From Xanthomonas sp. 10-10 (GTDB lineage Bacteria; Pseudomonadota; Gammaproteobacteria; Xanthomonadales; Xanthomonadaceae), in assembly GCF_040182365.1 (NCBI RefSeq), contig NZ_CP144460.1:4578935-4642934 (forward strand): a DNA stretch of 64,000 nt, in the 5' to 3' direction. The position numbers were made by a program, and so were the translations under genes. Below the pieces are notes generated by a model. The model searched no databases and had not been told where the DNA came from. It was given only the letters and a program-made list of their open reading frames with translations. Shown one piece after another: positions 1 to 11,577 of this stretch (positions are counted from its first letter, which is position 1; every line of letters begins with the position of its first letter).

Positions 1-1
1 C

Positions 2-1120
2 AGCGAGGGCTGGCCGGAAAACGGCTACCGCGGCGACTACATCGCCGATGTGGCCAACGCCTACCTGGCCGGCGACACCGTCGACCTGGAAGGCCACCTG
101 GTCACCGGCACCAAGGACCCGGCCGACCTGGAATCGATCCGCCGCTTTGCGGTGGCGTATCTACGCAACGAGCAGAACCACGACCTGGCCGCGTTCCGCG
201 TCGACTTCGATATCTATTTCCTGGAAAGCTCGCTGTACAAGGACGGCAAGGTCGAAGAAGCGGTGCAGAAGCTGATCGCCTCCGGCCATACCTACGAGGA
301 AGGCGGCGCGTTGTGGCTGAAGTCCACCGACTTCGGCGACGACAAGGACCGCGTCATGCGCAAGTCCGACGGCACCTACACCTACTTCGTGCCGGACGTG
401 GCCTATCACCTGACCAAGTGGCAGCGCGGCTACGAGCGCGCGATCACCGAACTGGGCGCCGACCACCACGGCTCGCTGACGCGCGTGCGCGCCGGCCTGC
501 AGGCGCTCGAGCTGGGCATCCCGCAGGGCTGGCCGGAATACGTGCTGCACCAGATGGTCACGGTGATGCGTGGCGGCGAGGAAGTGAAGCTGTCCAAGCG
601 TGCCGGCAGCTACGTCACCTTGCGCGACCTGATCGAAGAGACCAGCGCCGATGCGGTGCGCTGGTTCCTGATCGCGCGCAAGCCCGATTCGCAGCTCACC
701 TTCGACATCGACCTGGCCCGCGCGCAGAGCAACGACAACCCGGTGTTCTACGTGCAGTACGCGCATGCACGGGTGTGCAGCGTGCTGCGCCAGGCGCAGG
801 AAAAGGGCTTCAAGTACGAGCAGGCCAACGGTCTTGCACAGCTCGCTCGGCTGGACGACGAGCATTCGCTCAACGTGATGCTGGAGCTGTCGCGCTATAC
901 GGAAGTGGTGGAAATCGCCGGCCAGGCACTGGAGCCGTACCAGATCGCGCAGTACCTGCGTGAATTGGCGCATGCCTTCCACACGTGGTATCACAACACC
1001 AAGCTGTTGGTGGACGATGCCGCAGAGCGCGACGCCAAACTCACCCTCGCCGTCGCGACCCAGCAGGTGCTTGCCAACGGCCTGGAGTTGCTCGGCGTCA
1101 GCGCCCCGGAAAAGATGTAG
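2..1120 (+). CDS. argS: Arginine--tRNA ligase (ArgRS), 3' portion; the 5' end lies outside the window
   Basis: The translation shows the class I ArgRS anticodon-binding/DALR region ([17 protein letters not shown]-like SKRAGS). The ORF is open to the window edge. Confidence 0.9.
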   Translation, partial: SEGWPENGYRGDYIADVANAYLAGDTVDLEGHLVTGTKDPADLESIRRFAVAYLRNEQNHDLAAFRVDFDIYFLESSLYKDGKVEEAVQKLIASGHTYEEGGALWLKSTDFGDDKDRVMRKSDGTYTYFVPDVAYHLTKWQRGYERAITELGADHHGSLTRVRAGLQALELGIPQGWPEYVLHQMVTVMRGGEEVKLSKRAGSYVTLRDLIEETSADAVRWFLIARKPDSQLTFDIDLARAQSNDNPVFYVQYAHARVCSVLRQAQEKGFKYEQANGLAQLARLDDEHSLNVMLELSRYTEVVEIAGQALEPYQIAQYLRELAHAFHTWYHNTKLLVDDAAERDAKLTLAVATQQVLANGLELLGVSAPEKM

Positions 1121-1289
1121 TCACTGCAAGCAACCGGGCAGGCGTGGAGCGCACGCCTGCCTGCGCGGTCAGCGGCGGCCTCCATCGCCCCGCGCGTCCG
1201 TTGCGCCGCCCAAGGCAGACGCAGCGGCAGCGATCGCCGCACCAAGCCGGGCGCACCGCCCGCAACGACACGATTCGGAGAAGTGGTAG

Positions 1290-3621
<2,332 letters not shown>

Positions 3622-3744
3622 CGATGGCCTGCAACGCCAATGCCCCGGTCGCGTCGCGATCCGATGGTGGGTTGGTCGGCGCGTGGGCAGATTGCGCAGC
3701 ATCCAAGCTCGGTGCGGCCCTGCAACCGGCGCACCGCCAGGGAT

Positions 3745-3782
3745 GACGAAAACGCCGCGCATTGCGCGGCGTTTTGCTTTGC
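3745..3782. terminator. Bidirectional intrinsic terminator between the convergent SDR and acyltransferase genes
   Basis: AAAACGCCGCGCAttgCGCGGCGTTTT forms a perfect stem and is followed by GCTTTG. It is flanked by A- and T-tracts. Confidence 0.75.
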
Positions 3783-3786
3783 CCGG

Positions 3787-4914
3787 TCAGCCGCGACCGG
3801 CGGCAGTCAACGGCCGCGCTGCTGGCCGCAGCAGCTTGTCGCGCAGTTGCAGGAACGGGCGCTCCACCACGTAATGCAACAGCGCGCCACCCAGCACTGC
3901 CGCCAGGCCATACACCGCAAATGCCAGCACACCCCGCCCCTCCAGCGCCGGGCCGAACCATCCCTGGGTGAGATGGAACACGGCCTTGTGGGTCAGATAC
4001 AGGCTGTAGGAGATGGCTGCCAGCCAAGCCGCGCCCGGCACGCGCAAACCGCCAAGCACACCGCTACTGGCGGTGCCGGCGAGCACCAGCAAGGCCAGTC
4101 CCAGCGACAGCACCGGCCAGCCCACCGCATTGCCGATCAGGCCGGTGCGCTCGCGGAACAGCCACAGTGCCAGCGCCAGAATCGCCACGCCGGCACACAG
4201 AATGGCGTTGCCGTGCTGCTGCAGCCGTTGCCACAGCGTGGGGCGAAACACCTTCAGCACCGCCAGTACGACACCGGCCAGCAGGCCGTCCAGACGATTC
4301 CAGGTCGGGTAGTAGATGTCTTCGATAAACCAGTTGCGCTGCAGACCTAGGCCAGCGCTGTCCAGGGCAGTGTTGTGCAACCAGAAGCCGGCGCGCAGCG
4401 CGATGCCCGCGATTACCACCGCCATGCACAGCATCACAAACCGCGCTGCAGAGGGTCGACGCAGCAGCAGCGTCGCCAGCAACGGAAACACCAGATAGAA
4501 ATGTTCTTCCACGCACAGCGACCAGGCGTGCGAGAACGCGGCATCACGGCCGTAGTCGACGAACAGGTTCAGGGTGAAGGTGACGAACATCCACCACGGC
4601 GCCAACCCGGGGGACTCGCGAAAATCCGGCCACACCATGTAGATCACCAGCACCAGCAAGAACGCCGGCAGGATGCGCAACGCGCGGCGCAGATAGAACT
4701 CCTTGAAATCCAGGCGTTGCCCGCGCGCCAGCGGCCTCAGCACCTGCGTGCCGATCAAAAACCCGCTGAGCACGAAGAACAGGTCCACCCCCATCCAGCC
4801 ATAGCGCGACAGCCATGCCCAGTCCGGCCCCAGCCCACCGACCACAAACGAATGGAACAGCATCACCCAGACGATGGCGATACCACGCAGCAGGTCCAGG
4901 GCGGGATAGCGCAT
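3787..4914 (-). CDS. Membrane acyltransferase family 3 protein (OafA/OpgC-like O-acyltransferase)
   Basis: It is a multi-TM protein. The start is taken at MRYPALDLLRG, and LLRGIAI...FFVLSGFLI is typical of PF01757. The ORF extends upstream to 5163, so the chosen start is an inference. Confidence 0.75.
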   Translation of the reverse strand: MRYPALDLLRGIAIVWVMLFHSFVVGGLGPDWAWLSRYGWMGVDLFFVLSGFLIGTQVLRPLARGQRLDFKEFYLRRALRILPAFLLVLVIYMVWPDFRESPGLAPWWMFVTFTLNLFVDYGRDAAFSHAWSLCVEEHFYLVFPLLATLLLRRPSAARFVMLCMAVVIAGIALRAGFWLHNTALDSAGLGLQRNWFIEDIYYPTWNRLDGLLAGVVLAVLKVFRPTLWQRLQQHGNAILCAGVAILALALWLFRERTGLIGNAVGWPVLSLGLALLVLAGTASSGVLGGLRVPGAAWLAAISYSLYLTHKAVFHLTQGWFGPALEGRGVLAFAVYGLAAVLGGALLHYVVERPFLQLRDKLLRPAARPLTAAGRG

Positions 4915-5176
4915 AGGGGCGATCGGCAATGAGGAAGACCGATTGTGCCGTATGTCCCACGCCCATGCGCAGGTTGCGCGCACCCGTCTGGAGGTAGGCA
5001 ACGCACGCTCAGAGAACCAGCGTGTGCCAGTGGCACGTGCCGCAACGAGCACGGCTGTGCGCCCTGACGGCGAGCGCGGCGTTGTGTTGGCCGCGCTTAC
5101 CCGCTGGCGCATGCATGACACTGCCCCGTCGGCGGGCACGCCGCGCGCCGCTGAGGCCGACACGGCACTCCCGGCC

Positions 5177-6508
5177 TCAGGCCACCGCCGCCTGCTCGAT
5201 TCGTGTCATCCGCGCGCCTGGATGCAACAGCCCCCACGCTTCCAGTTGATCGACTGCACTGCGCACGCCGTCTTCGTCGCGGATGCGCTGGCCCAGCGCG
5301 CGTGCCGCCGCACGCATGGCCGGGGCACTGGCCTGGCGCAATGCCTCGGCCAGCGTCTCCGGCTGCAAGCCGGCACGCACCAGGGCCGGTGGCGCCACGC
5401 CACGTCGTGCCAGGCAGTGCGCCCAGAACGGTTGGTCGTAGCCGAACGGCAACACCACCGACGGAATCCCGGCCGTCAGCGCAGCACCGGTGGTGCCGGC
5501 GCCGCCGTGGTGCACGGCTGCGGTCACCCGTGGAAACAACCAATCGTGCGGCGCTTGGTCCAGATGGAAGAAACGCCCGGCGTCATCCGCAGCGGCGGTG
5601 TCGGCGGTTTCCAGCCCGCCCCAGCCACTGGCCAGCAAGGCGCGTTGCCCGGTCAGGCGCACGGCGGCCTTGACCGTGGCGGTGAGCTGCACCGCATCGC
5701 GGCTGGTCATGCTGCCGAAGCCGATATACAACGGCGGCGGCCCGGCCTGCAGAAACGCCTGCAATGCGGCAGGCGGTTGCCATTGCGGCTGCGGCAGTTG
5801 CCAGAATCCGCAGACCTGCGCGCTTTGCGGCCAGTCCGGCGGACGTGGGCACAGCTGCGCGCTGTAACCGTAGATCACACGCAGCGCGCTGCGGTCCGGG
5901 CCTCGCCACGGATACGCCGGCAGCCCCAGCGCCGGCCGCACGATATCGTTGAGCGCCGGGCGCATCAGCTGCCAGCCGGCAAACCGCACCGCGTGGTGCA
6001 AGGCCACGCTCACACGCCCGGGCAGACGCACGTTGGGCATCACCATCAACGGCAGATGGCGCGAGGCCGTGAGCGGTTGCAGCTGTGCAAAGCACACCGG
6101 CACCCCATAGGCCTGACCCAGGCTATGCGCAAGGAAACTTGCGCTGCCCACGCCCAGGATCAAGCCGGCATCGGCGCACGCCGCCCGGCCCTGCTCTGCC
6201 CAGTCGCGTGCCCAGCTCAGCAGCTGTGCGCGCAATGTGCCCCAGATACCGCGCCAGCCGCCACGCATTTCTGCAACGTCCGGGTTGCCCTGCAGCAACT
6301 TCTGGTGGTCGCCGCTGAGCGGGAAAAACTCCAGCCCGTTGGCGCGAATCAATGCCTCGAAGTTGGTGCTGGTCAGTACCCGCACCAGGTAACCGCGCTG
6401 CTGCAGACCGCGGCCCAGCGCGATGATCGGGCGCACATCGCCGTGCGTGCCCAGGGTGGCGATGACGACCGGGCGGTTGGCTGCAGCCGAAGCGAGAGAC
6501 TCAGGCAT
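5177..6508 (-). CDS. Glycosyltransferase family 1, RhlB/MGT/UGT-like (nucleotide-sugar dependent)
   Basis: The N-terminal ATLGTHGDVRP matches the GT1 GSRGD-type motif. The C-terminal half carries a UDP-sugar binding signature (HHGGAGTT). Its start overlaps the NRPS stop by 8 nt. Confidence 0.8.
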   Translation of the reverse strand: MPESLASAAANRPVVIATLGTHGDVRPIIALGRGLQQRGYLVRVLTSTNFEALIRANGLEFFPLSGDHQKLLQGNPDVAEMRGGWRGIWGTLRAQLLSWARDWAEQGRAACADAGLILGVGSASFLAHSLGQAYGVPVCFAQLQPLTASRHLPLMVMPNVRLPGRVSVALHHAVRFAGWQLMRPALNDIVRPALGLPAYPWRGPDRSALRVIYGYSAQLCPRPPDWPQSAQVCGFWQLPQPQWQPPAALQAFLQAGPPPLYIGFGSMTSRDAVQLTATVKAAVRLTGQRALLASGWGGLETADTAAADDAGRFFHLDQAPHDWLFPRVTAAVHHGGAGTTGAALTAGIPSVVLPFGYDQPFWAHCLARRGVAPPALVRAGLQPETLAEALRQASAPAMRAAARALGQRIRDEDGVRSAVDQLEAWGLLHPGARMTRIEQAAVA

Positions 6509-9500
6509 ATTCGGCTACCCCGTCGTTGGCACTGGCGCTGGCGATGCTGGCATCGCGCTGCGGCACCTGTGCAGTGGCCTGGTGCAGCAGCGCACATAGC
6601 GTTGCCGAGTGCGCAGCCGACAGCATCGAGTGATGATCGCTGTCCAGGGCGTACAGATGCAGCGTGCGCACATACGGACGCCATGCCTGCGGCCGGTAAT
6701 CCACCCATTGCGCCTCGTCGCCACCGGAGCTCATACGCACGCTGGCTTCGACGAACAGCACATCCTGGTTCAATGTGCGCGGCCGGTGACGCCGCGCCAG
6801 GTGCAGGTGATGCTGGGTCACTGCGCCCAGGTCGTCCAGCAGCGTGGGGCGCTGCTTCAGCAACTGCTGCACCGCCGGCAAGGTGGTCAAGCCGTAGTGA
6901 TCGCACAACAGGCTGGCCAGCTGAGCCACGGTGGTCGGCATCGGTTGGTCGTGCGCCAGCGTCAGCCCGAGCGCATGTACCGATGCACGTACGTTTTCCG
7001 CTTCGGGCAGTGCGGCGGCCTGTTCCAGATGCGGGTAGCTGTCGAGCATCGCCAGCAACTCGACCTGTTCGCCCAGGTCATGCAATTCGGCGGCCATGGC
7101 GTGCGCGATCAGGCCGCCCAGCGACCAGCCCATCAAGCGATACGGGCCATGCGGCTGCACGCTGCGCAGACGCGCCAGATAATCGCGGGCGATCGCCTCG
7201 ATGCTTTCAGGACGGTGCTGCGGGTCGCTCAATGCCGGCGACTGCAATGCGTACACCGGCCACTGCGGATCGAGCTGGCCAAGCAGGGTGAGATACGACC
7301 AGCCCAGGCCGATGACTGGATGGATGCAGAACAACGGCGTGACGCCCGCGCTGCCTGCGCGCATCGGCAACAGCACGCTCAGCGGGTCGTTGGGTGCCTG
7401 CGCGCTGCGTTTGATCACCTCCGACAGGCCGGCAATCGTCGGCGCATGGAACAGCGCGCCCAGCGGCAGCTCCACGCCGAACAGTTGCGGGAAGCGTGCC
7501 GCCATCTCTGCCGCCCGTAGCGAATCGCCACCGAGCTCGAAGAAGTTGTCGTCCACCCCCACCACCTCGATGCCCAGCACCTCCTGCAGCAGGGCCGCCA
7601 GTTGATGTTCGAGTGCATCGCGCGGCGCCACATGCGCACGCTTGGGCAATGCGCCCGGCGCGGGCAAGGCGCGGCGATCCAGCTTGCCATTGGCCGTCAG
7701 CGGCAACGCCGGCAGTGGCATCCACAGGCTGGGAATCATCGAGGCCGGCAGACGCTGTTGCAGATGGGCGCGCAGCAACTCGCTCGATGGCGTGTTGCCA
7801 TGCTTGCCCACCACGTAGGCGAGCAGTTGCACGGCGTTGTCGCCATCGTTGTGCGCAACCACCGCCACCTGCGCCACCTGCGCATGCAGCAGCAATGCAT
7901 TTTCGATTTCCGCCGGCTCCACGCGGTGGCCGCGGATCTTCAATTGCGCATCGGCGCGGCCGATGAATTCCAGCAGGCCGTCGCGACGCTGACGTACGCG
8001 GTCGCCGGTGCGGTACATGGTGCTGCCGTCGTCGGCGAACGGGTCGCGCAGGAAACGCTCGCTGGTGAGCTGGCGCTTGCCGCGATAGCCCTTGGCCACG
8101 CCGGCACCGCCGATGTACAGCTCGCCGATCGCACCGGTCGGCAACGGCTGCCGCTGCGCATCCAGCACATAGACGCGTGTGTTGAGCAGCGGCCTGCCGA
8201 TTGGCGGCGCGGCCGCATCGGTCAACTGCAGCGGCATGATGGTCGACCAGATGGTGGTTTCGGTCGGCCCGTACAACTGGGTCAGGCGCCCAACCCGGCT
8301 CAACAATTGCGTCGCCAACTCGGGCACCAGGGCCTCGCCACCGACAAGGGCATGGATGCGATCCAGCGCCAGATCCTGATTGGCCAGCAGGATGCGCCAT
8401 AGCGACGGCGTGGCCTGCACCAGGCTGATCTGCTCGTGGACGATCAGGCGCGACAGACTGCGCGGATCGTGACTGATGCCGGCCGGTGCGATGACCACGC
8501 GCGCGCCCACCAGCAATGGCAGATACAGCTCCAGCCCGGCGATGTCGAAGGTGATGGTGGTGACCGCCAGCACGCGGTCGCGCGGACGCAAGGCGAGCTC
8601 GTGTTCCATCGCATGCAGGAAATTGAACAGGTTGCGATGGCTGATCTCCACGCCCTTGGGCGTGCCGGTGGAGCCGGAGGTGTACAGCACGTACGCCGTC
8701 CCATCCGGAGTCGCCCTTGGGGCGATCGCCGCCGGCAGCTGCGCCGGGCGCGGGTCCAGCCAGACCATGCCGCCAAGCAGATAGCGCTCGCACAATGCCG
8801 GCTCGCAGACCAGCGCAATCGCACCGGAATCGTTGAGCATCTGCCGATTGCGCGCCGCCGGGCTTTCCGGGTCCAGCGGCAGGTAGGCCGCGCCGCTCCA
8901 CATGATGGCCAGCAAGGCCACCAACAGATGCTCGCTGCGCGGCAACGCGACAGCGACCACATCGCCAGGGCGCACCCCATCGGCCACCCATTGCGCAGCG
9001 ATCCGCGAGGCGAGCTCGCACAGCGTGGCGTAGTCCAGGGTGCGGTTTTCGTATTGCACGACAACGGCCGCAGGCATGATCTCGGCACGCTGCAACATGC
9101 CGTGCAACAACGTGGCCGGCTCCGGCAGCGTTGCGGCGGTGTGATTCCAGGTGTGCAGCAACCGGTGGCGCTCTTGCTCGCCCAGCACGTCCACTTCACC
9201 CAGCGCGCATTCCGGGTTTGCCAGCACGGAATCGGCCAGATGGGTCAGGCGACGGCAGTGTTCGGCCAGCTCGTCGCTGTCGTACAACGCCGGATTGGCG
9301 TCCAGATCGAAGCGCAGGGCCGCGCCGTCGCCACGCTCGTAGCAAAAAATGGTCAGATCGTCGGCCGGGCCGTTGCACAGGTTATGCGGTATCGCGTACG
9401 CCTCGCCAAAGCGCAGCGCGTAATCGAAGGCTTCGATATTGACGGCCAGGCGGGCGAACTTCTGGTCGATGCCGAACATGCCGATGTCGCGGCGTACGTC

Positions 9501-10487
9501 CTCGAAGCGATATTGCTGATGCCGCAAGGCATGCCTGACTACCGATGCGACCTGCCCAAACAACGCATGGATCGGCTGCTGCGGGTCCATCTTCAGGCGC
9601 AGCGAGATCACATTGGCCACCAACCCGGCAGTCTGGCGGTAACGCGCATTGATGCGGCCGGTCACCGGCATCGCCAGCACCAGATCTTCGGCACCGGTGC
9701 AGCGGTAGTAATAGGCGGCGATCAGCGAGATCAGCATCTGCGGCAGGCTGGCGCCGTAGTCCTTGCCCATCGCACGCAGGCGCACCACCTGCTGCGGCGA
9801 AAACTGCCCGGTGCCGCGCAACAACCCGGTGGACAGATGATTGCCCGGGCGTGCCAGGGTTGCCGGTGGCGGCAGATCGGCCAGCTGCTGCATCCAGTAG
9901 TCGCGATCGCGCTGGAAGCGGTCGGAGGCGCGGTACTGCTGCTCCATCTCCACCAGCGACAGCGCACTGCCGTAGTGCGCAGGTTCCGGCTCCACGCCTG
10001 CGGCGTACGCGTTGTACAGCACCGACATGCGCTGCATCATGATCGATGCGCAATAACCGTCCATCACCAGATGGCTGACGCACTGCACCCACATATGGTG
10101 GTCTTCGCCGAGCCGGAACACCGCGCAATGCCACAGCGGCCCATGCTCCAGGTTTTCCGGCTGGCGGATCTGTTCGTCCACCCAGTGCTCGGCGGCATTG
10201 CGCGGTGCGGGATCTTCGCTGACGTTGAGGTAGGGAACCGGCGCCGTGTACTCGGGCAGGATCACCTGCCGCGGCACGCCGTCGTGCTCCACGATGCACA
10301 GCCGCAGCGTGTCGAACTCGCGCGCCAGCTGCAACGTGGCGCGGATCAATAGCGCAGGGTCCAGTGGACCGAACATCTCCAGTGCCTCGGACAACATCAA
10401 GGTGTTGTCGGTATGCAACTTGCTGGCCACCCACAGGCCGCGTTGCGCTCTGGTCAAGGGAAACAGCGGGGCGGCATCGGCGTGCAT
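6501..10487 (-). CDS. Single-module non-ribosomal peptide synthetase, C-A-T-TE (1328 aa)
   Basis: The C domain carries SHLVMDG (an HHxxxDG variant). A-domain motifs are LYTSGSTGTPKG, FDIAG, YGPTE, YRTGD and NGKLDR. The PCP has LGGDSL and the thioesterase has GWSLGG. AAGGAAG SD lies 7 nt before the ATG. Confidence 0.9.
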   Translation of the reverse strand: MHADAAPLFPLTRAQRGLWVASKLHTDNTLMLSEALEMFGPLDPALLIRATLQLAREFDTLRLCIVEHDGVPRQVILPEYTAPVPYLNVSEDPAPRNAAEHWVDEQIRQPENLEHGPLWHCAVFRLGEDHHMWVQCVSHLVMDGYCASIMMQRMSVLYNAYAAGVEPEPAHYGSALSLVEMEQQYRASDRFQRDRDYWMQQLADLPPPATLARPGNHLSTGLLRGTGQFSPQQVVRLRAMGKDYGASLPQMLISLIAAYYYRCTGAEDLVLAMPVTGRINARYRQTAGLVANVISLRLKMDPQQPIHALFGQVASVVRHALRHQQYRFEDVRRDIGMFGIDQKFARLAVNIEAFDYALRFGEAYAIPHNLCNGPADDLTIFCYERGDGAALRFDLDANPALYDSDELAEHCRRLTHLADSVLANPECALGEVDVLGEQERHRLLHTWNHTAATLPEPATLLHGMLQRAEIMPAAVVVQYENRTLDYATLCELASRIAAQWVADGVRPGDVVAVALPRSEHLLVALLAIMWSGAAYLPLDPESPAARNRQMLNDSGAIALVCEPALCERYLLGGMVWLDPRPAQLPAAIAPRATPDGTAYVLYTSGSTGTPKGVEISHRNLFNFLHAMEHELALRPRDRVLAVTTITFDIAGLELYLPLLVGARVVIAPAGISHDPRSLSRLIVHEQISLVQATPSLWRILLANQDLALDRIHALVGGEALVPELATQLLSRVGRLTQLYGPTETTIWSTIMPLQLTDAAAPPIGRPLLNTRVYVLDAQRQPLPTGAIGELYIGGAGVAKGYRGKRQLTSERFLRDPFADDGSTMYRTGDRVRQRRDGLLEFIGRADAQLKIRGHRVEPAEIENALLLHAQVAQVAVVAHNDGDNAVQLLAYVVGKHGNTPSSELLRAHLQQRLPASMIPSLWMPLPALPLTANGKLDRRALPAPGALPKRAHVAPRDALEHQLAALLQEVLGIEVVGVDDNFFELGGDSLRAAEMAARFPQLFGVELPLGALFHAPTIAGLSEVIKRSAQAPNDPLSVLLPMRAGSAGVTPLFCIHPVIGLGWSYLTLLGQLDPQWPVYALQSPALSDPQHRPESIEAIARDYLARLRSVQPHGPYRLMGWSLGGLIAHAMAAELHDLGEQVELLAMLDSYPHLEQAAALPEAENVRASVHALGLTLAHDQPMPTTVAQLASLLCDHYGLTTLPAVQQLLKQRPTLLDDLGAVTQHHLHLARRHRPRTLNQDVLFVEASVRMSSGGDEAQWVDYRPQAWRPYVRTLHLYALDSDHHSMLSAAHSATLCALLHQATAQVPQRDASIASASANDGVAEYA

Positions 10488-10977
10488 TGCAAGCTTCCTT
10501 TTGTGTGGCGCGCGGTCGCCCGGAGCGCCCTGGCCGCATTGCGGTCAAAGTGACGCCGGATCAGCACCTGGTAATGAAACGCAAGATAGAAAACACCATC
10601 GACTGCCGGCAGATGCCGGCAATACACAGTGGAAACGCACAATGGACAGGCAACTACGAGGCGACAGGCACGATCGAAACCCCGATGTGCAGATGTCTGA
10701 TTGGAGCAACTTGCATCCCGACAAGTTAAACAGACACTAACAATTCGTCTTCGGACAGAACCGTGCAAAAATCACGAATTGCGCGTGAGGTGCAAAATTT
10801 TTTTACCGAAGTGTGATTTCAACTAGTGTTCTGGATGCATAGCTGCAGGCAGACGCAATGCCACACCGATGCGCATTGCAAGAAAAGCACCTGGAATGCA
10901 GCGTCAAATGCGCAATGCTCTGCGCCCGGCAAGCGAACAGACGCTGCGCTTATCGGGTTACTCGCAGCGAGCAGTAC

Positions 10978-11230
10978 GCATAAGACCAGTGCGCGCGCCA
11001 GCGTTGATACGGCTGTATTTCTAGCCAATCACTGCGTAAAACGGCGGGCATTTGGCATGCATGCGCCATCTGCAACCACAGCGCATGGGATGTCGATGTC
11101 CTGAGCGCAACAATGGATAGGATGCGGCGCCCGCCCCGCTTCGACGATCGCCAAGCATAAGACCAGTACGCATGCAGGCGTTGATGCGCCTGCGTCGTGT
11201 GCAAATCACTGCACGAAACACGCTGTTTTC
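10978..11230. repeat. Two paralogous ~75-bp direct repeats (10978-11052 and 11155-11230) in the noncoding region upstream of the NRPS operon
   Basis: Both copies start with the identical 13-mer GCATAAGACCAGT and share the motifs GCGTTGAT and CAAATCACTGC. Overall identity is ~75%. Confidence 0.6.
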
Positions 11231-11577
11231 TGCAGCAACCTCGCCGGTGGTCGCACGATCACGCAAGCGTCGCCTGCGTGTCATCGGCATGAAGCGTCGC
11301 TGGGTTTCGCTGCTGGTGCTGGTGCTGCGACGCTGCGCAGACCGCAATGCATGGTGTAGCTGAGCCCGCCTGACACACGACCTTAAGCCGCGCCATCAAG
11401 ACGCCACCGTGCGATGAAGATCGCGTGCGACGTGGCGGATGCTGGTCGCCGCATTGCGCCGTTGGGCAATGCGGCGACCAGTGCCCTGCACGGGCTTCCA
11501 CACCGGCAGCGCACGAAGCGGATTGCTCGATGACAAGGATCAACGCGCTGCGGGGCAGGCCCGCAGCGCGCGATGCA

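Noticed and set aside
4847-4862. Apparent sigma-54-like TGGCAC...GCAA element between the GT and acyltransferase genes
   Set aside because: The GG-to-GC spacing is 2 nt too short for the -24/-12 consensus, and it lies on the strand opposite to the flanking genes.
4943-7291. 782-aa plus-strand ORF
   Set aside because: It is antisense to the glycosyltransferase and NRPS genes. It has Arg/Ala/Pro-rich low-complexity composition typical of wrong-frame ORFs in 67%-GC DNA, and no motifs.
8436-10352. 638-aa plus-strand ORF
   Set aside because: It is antisense to the NRPS C/A domains and is a high-GC artefact. The NRPS frame carries all the catalytic motifs.
10488-10800. Glycine riboswitch in the NRPS leader (thematic fit with the Gly-activating A domain)
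   Set aside because: I could not find the tandem-aptamer conserved cores (GGAGAG...CACCGAAGGGGCAA-type) by eye. It is left to Rfam.
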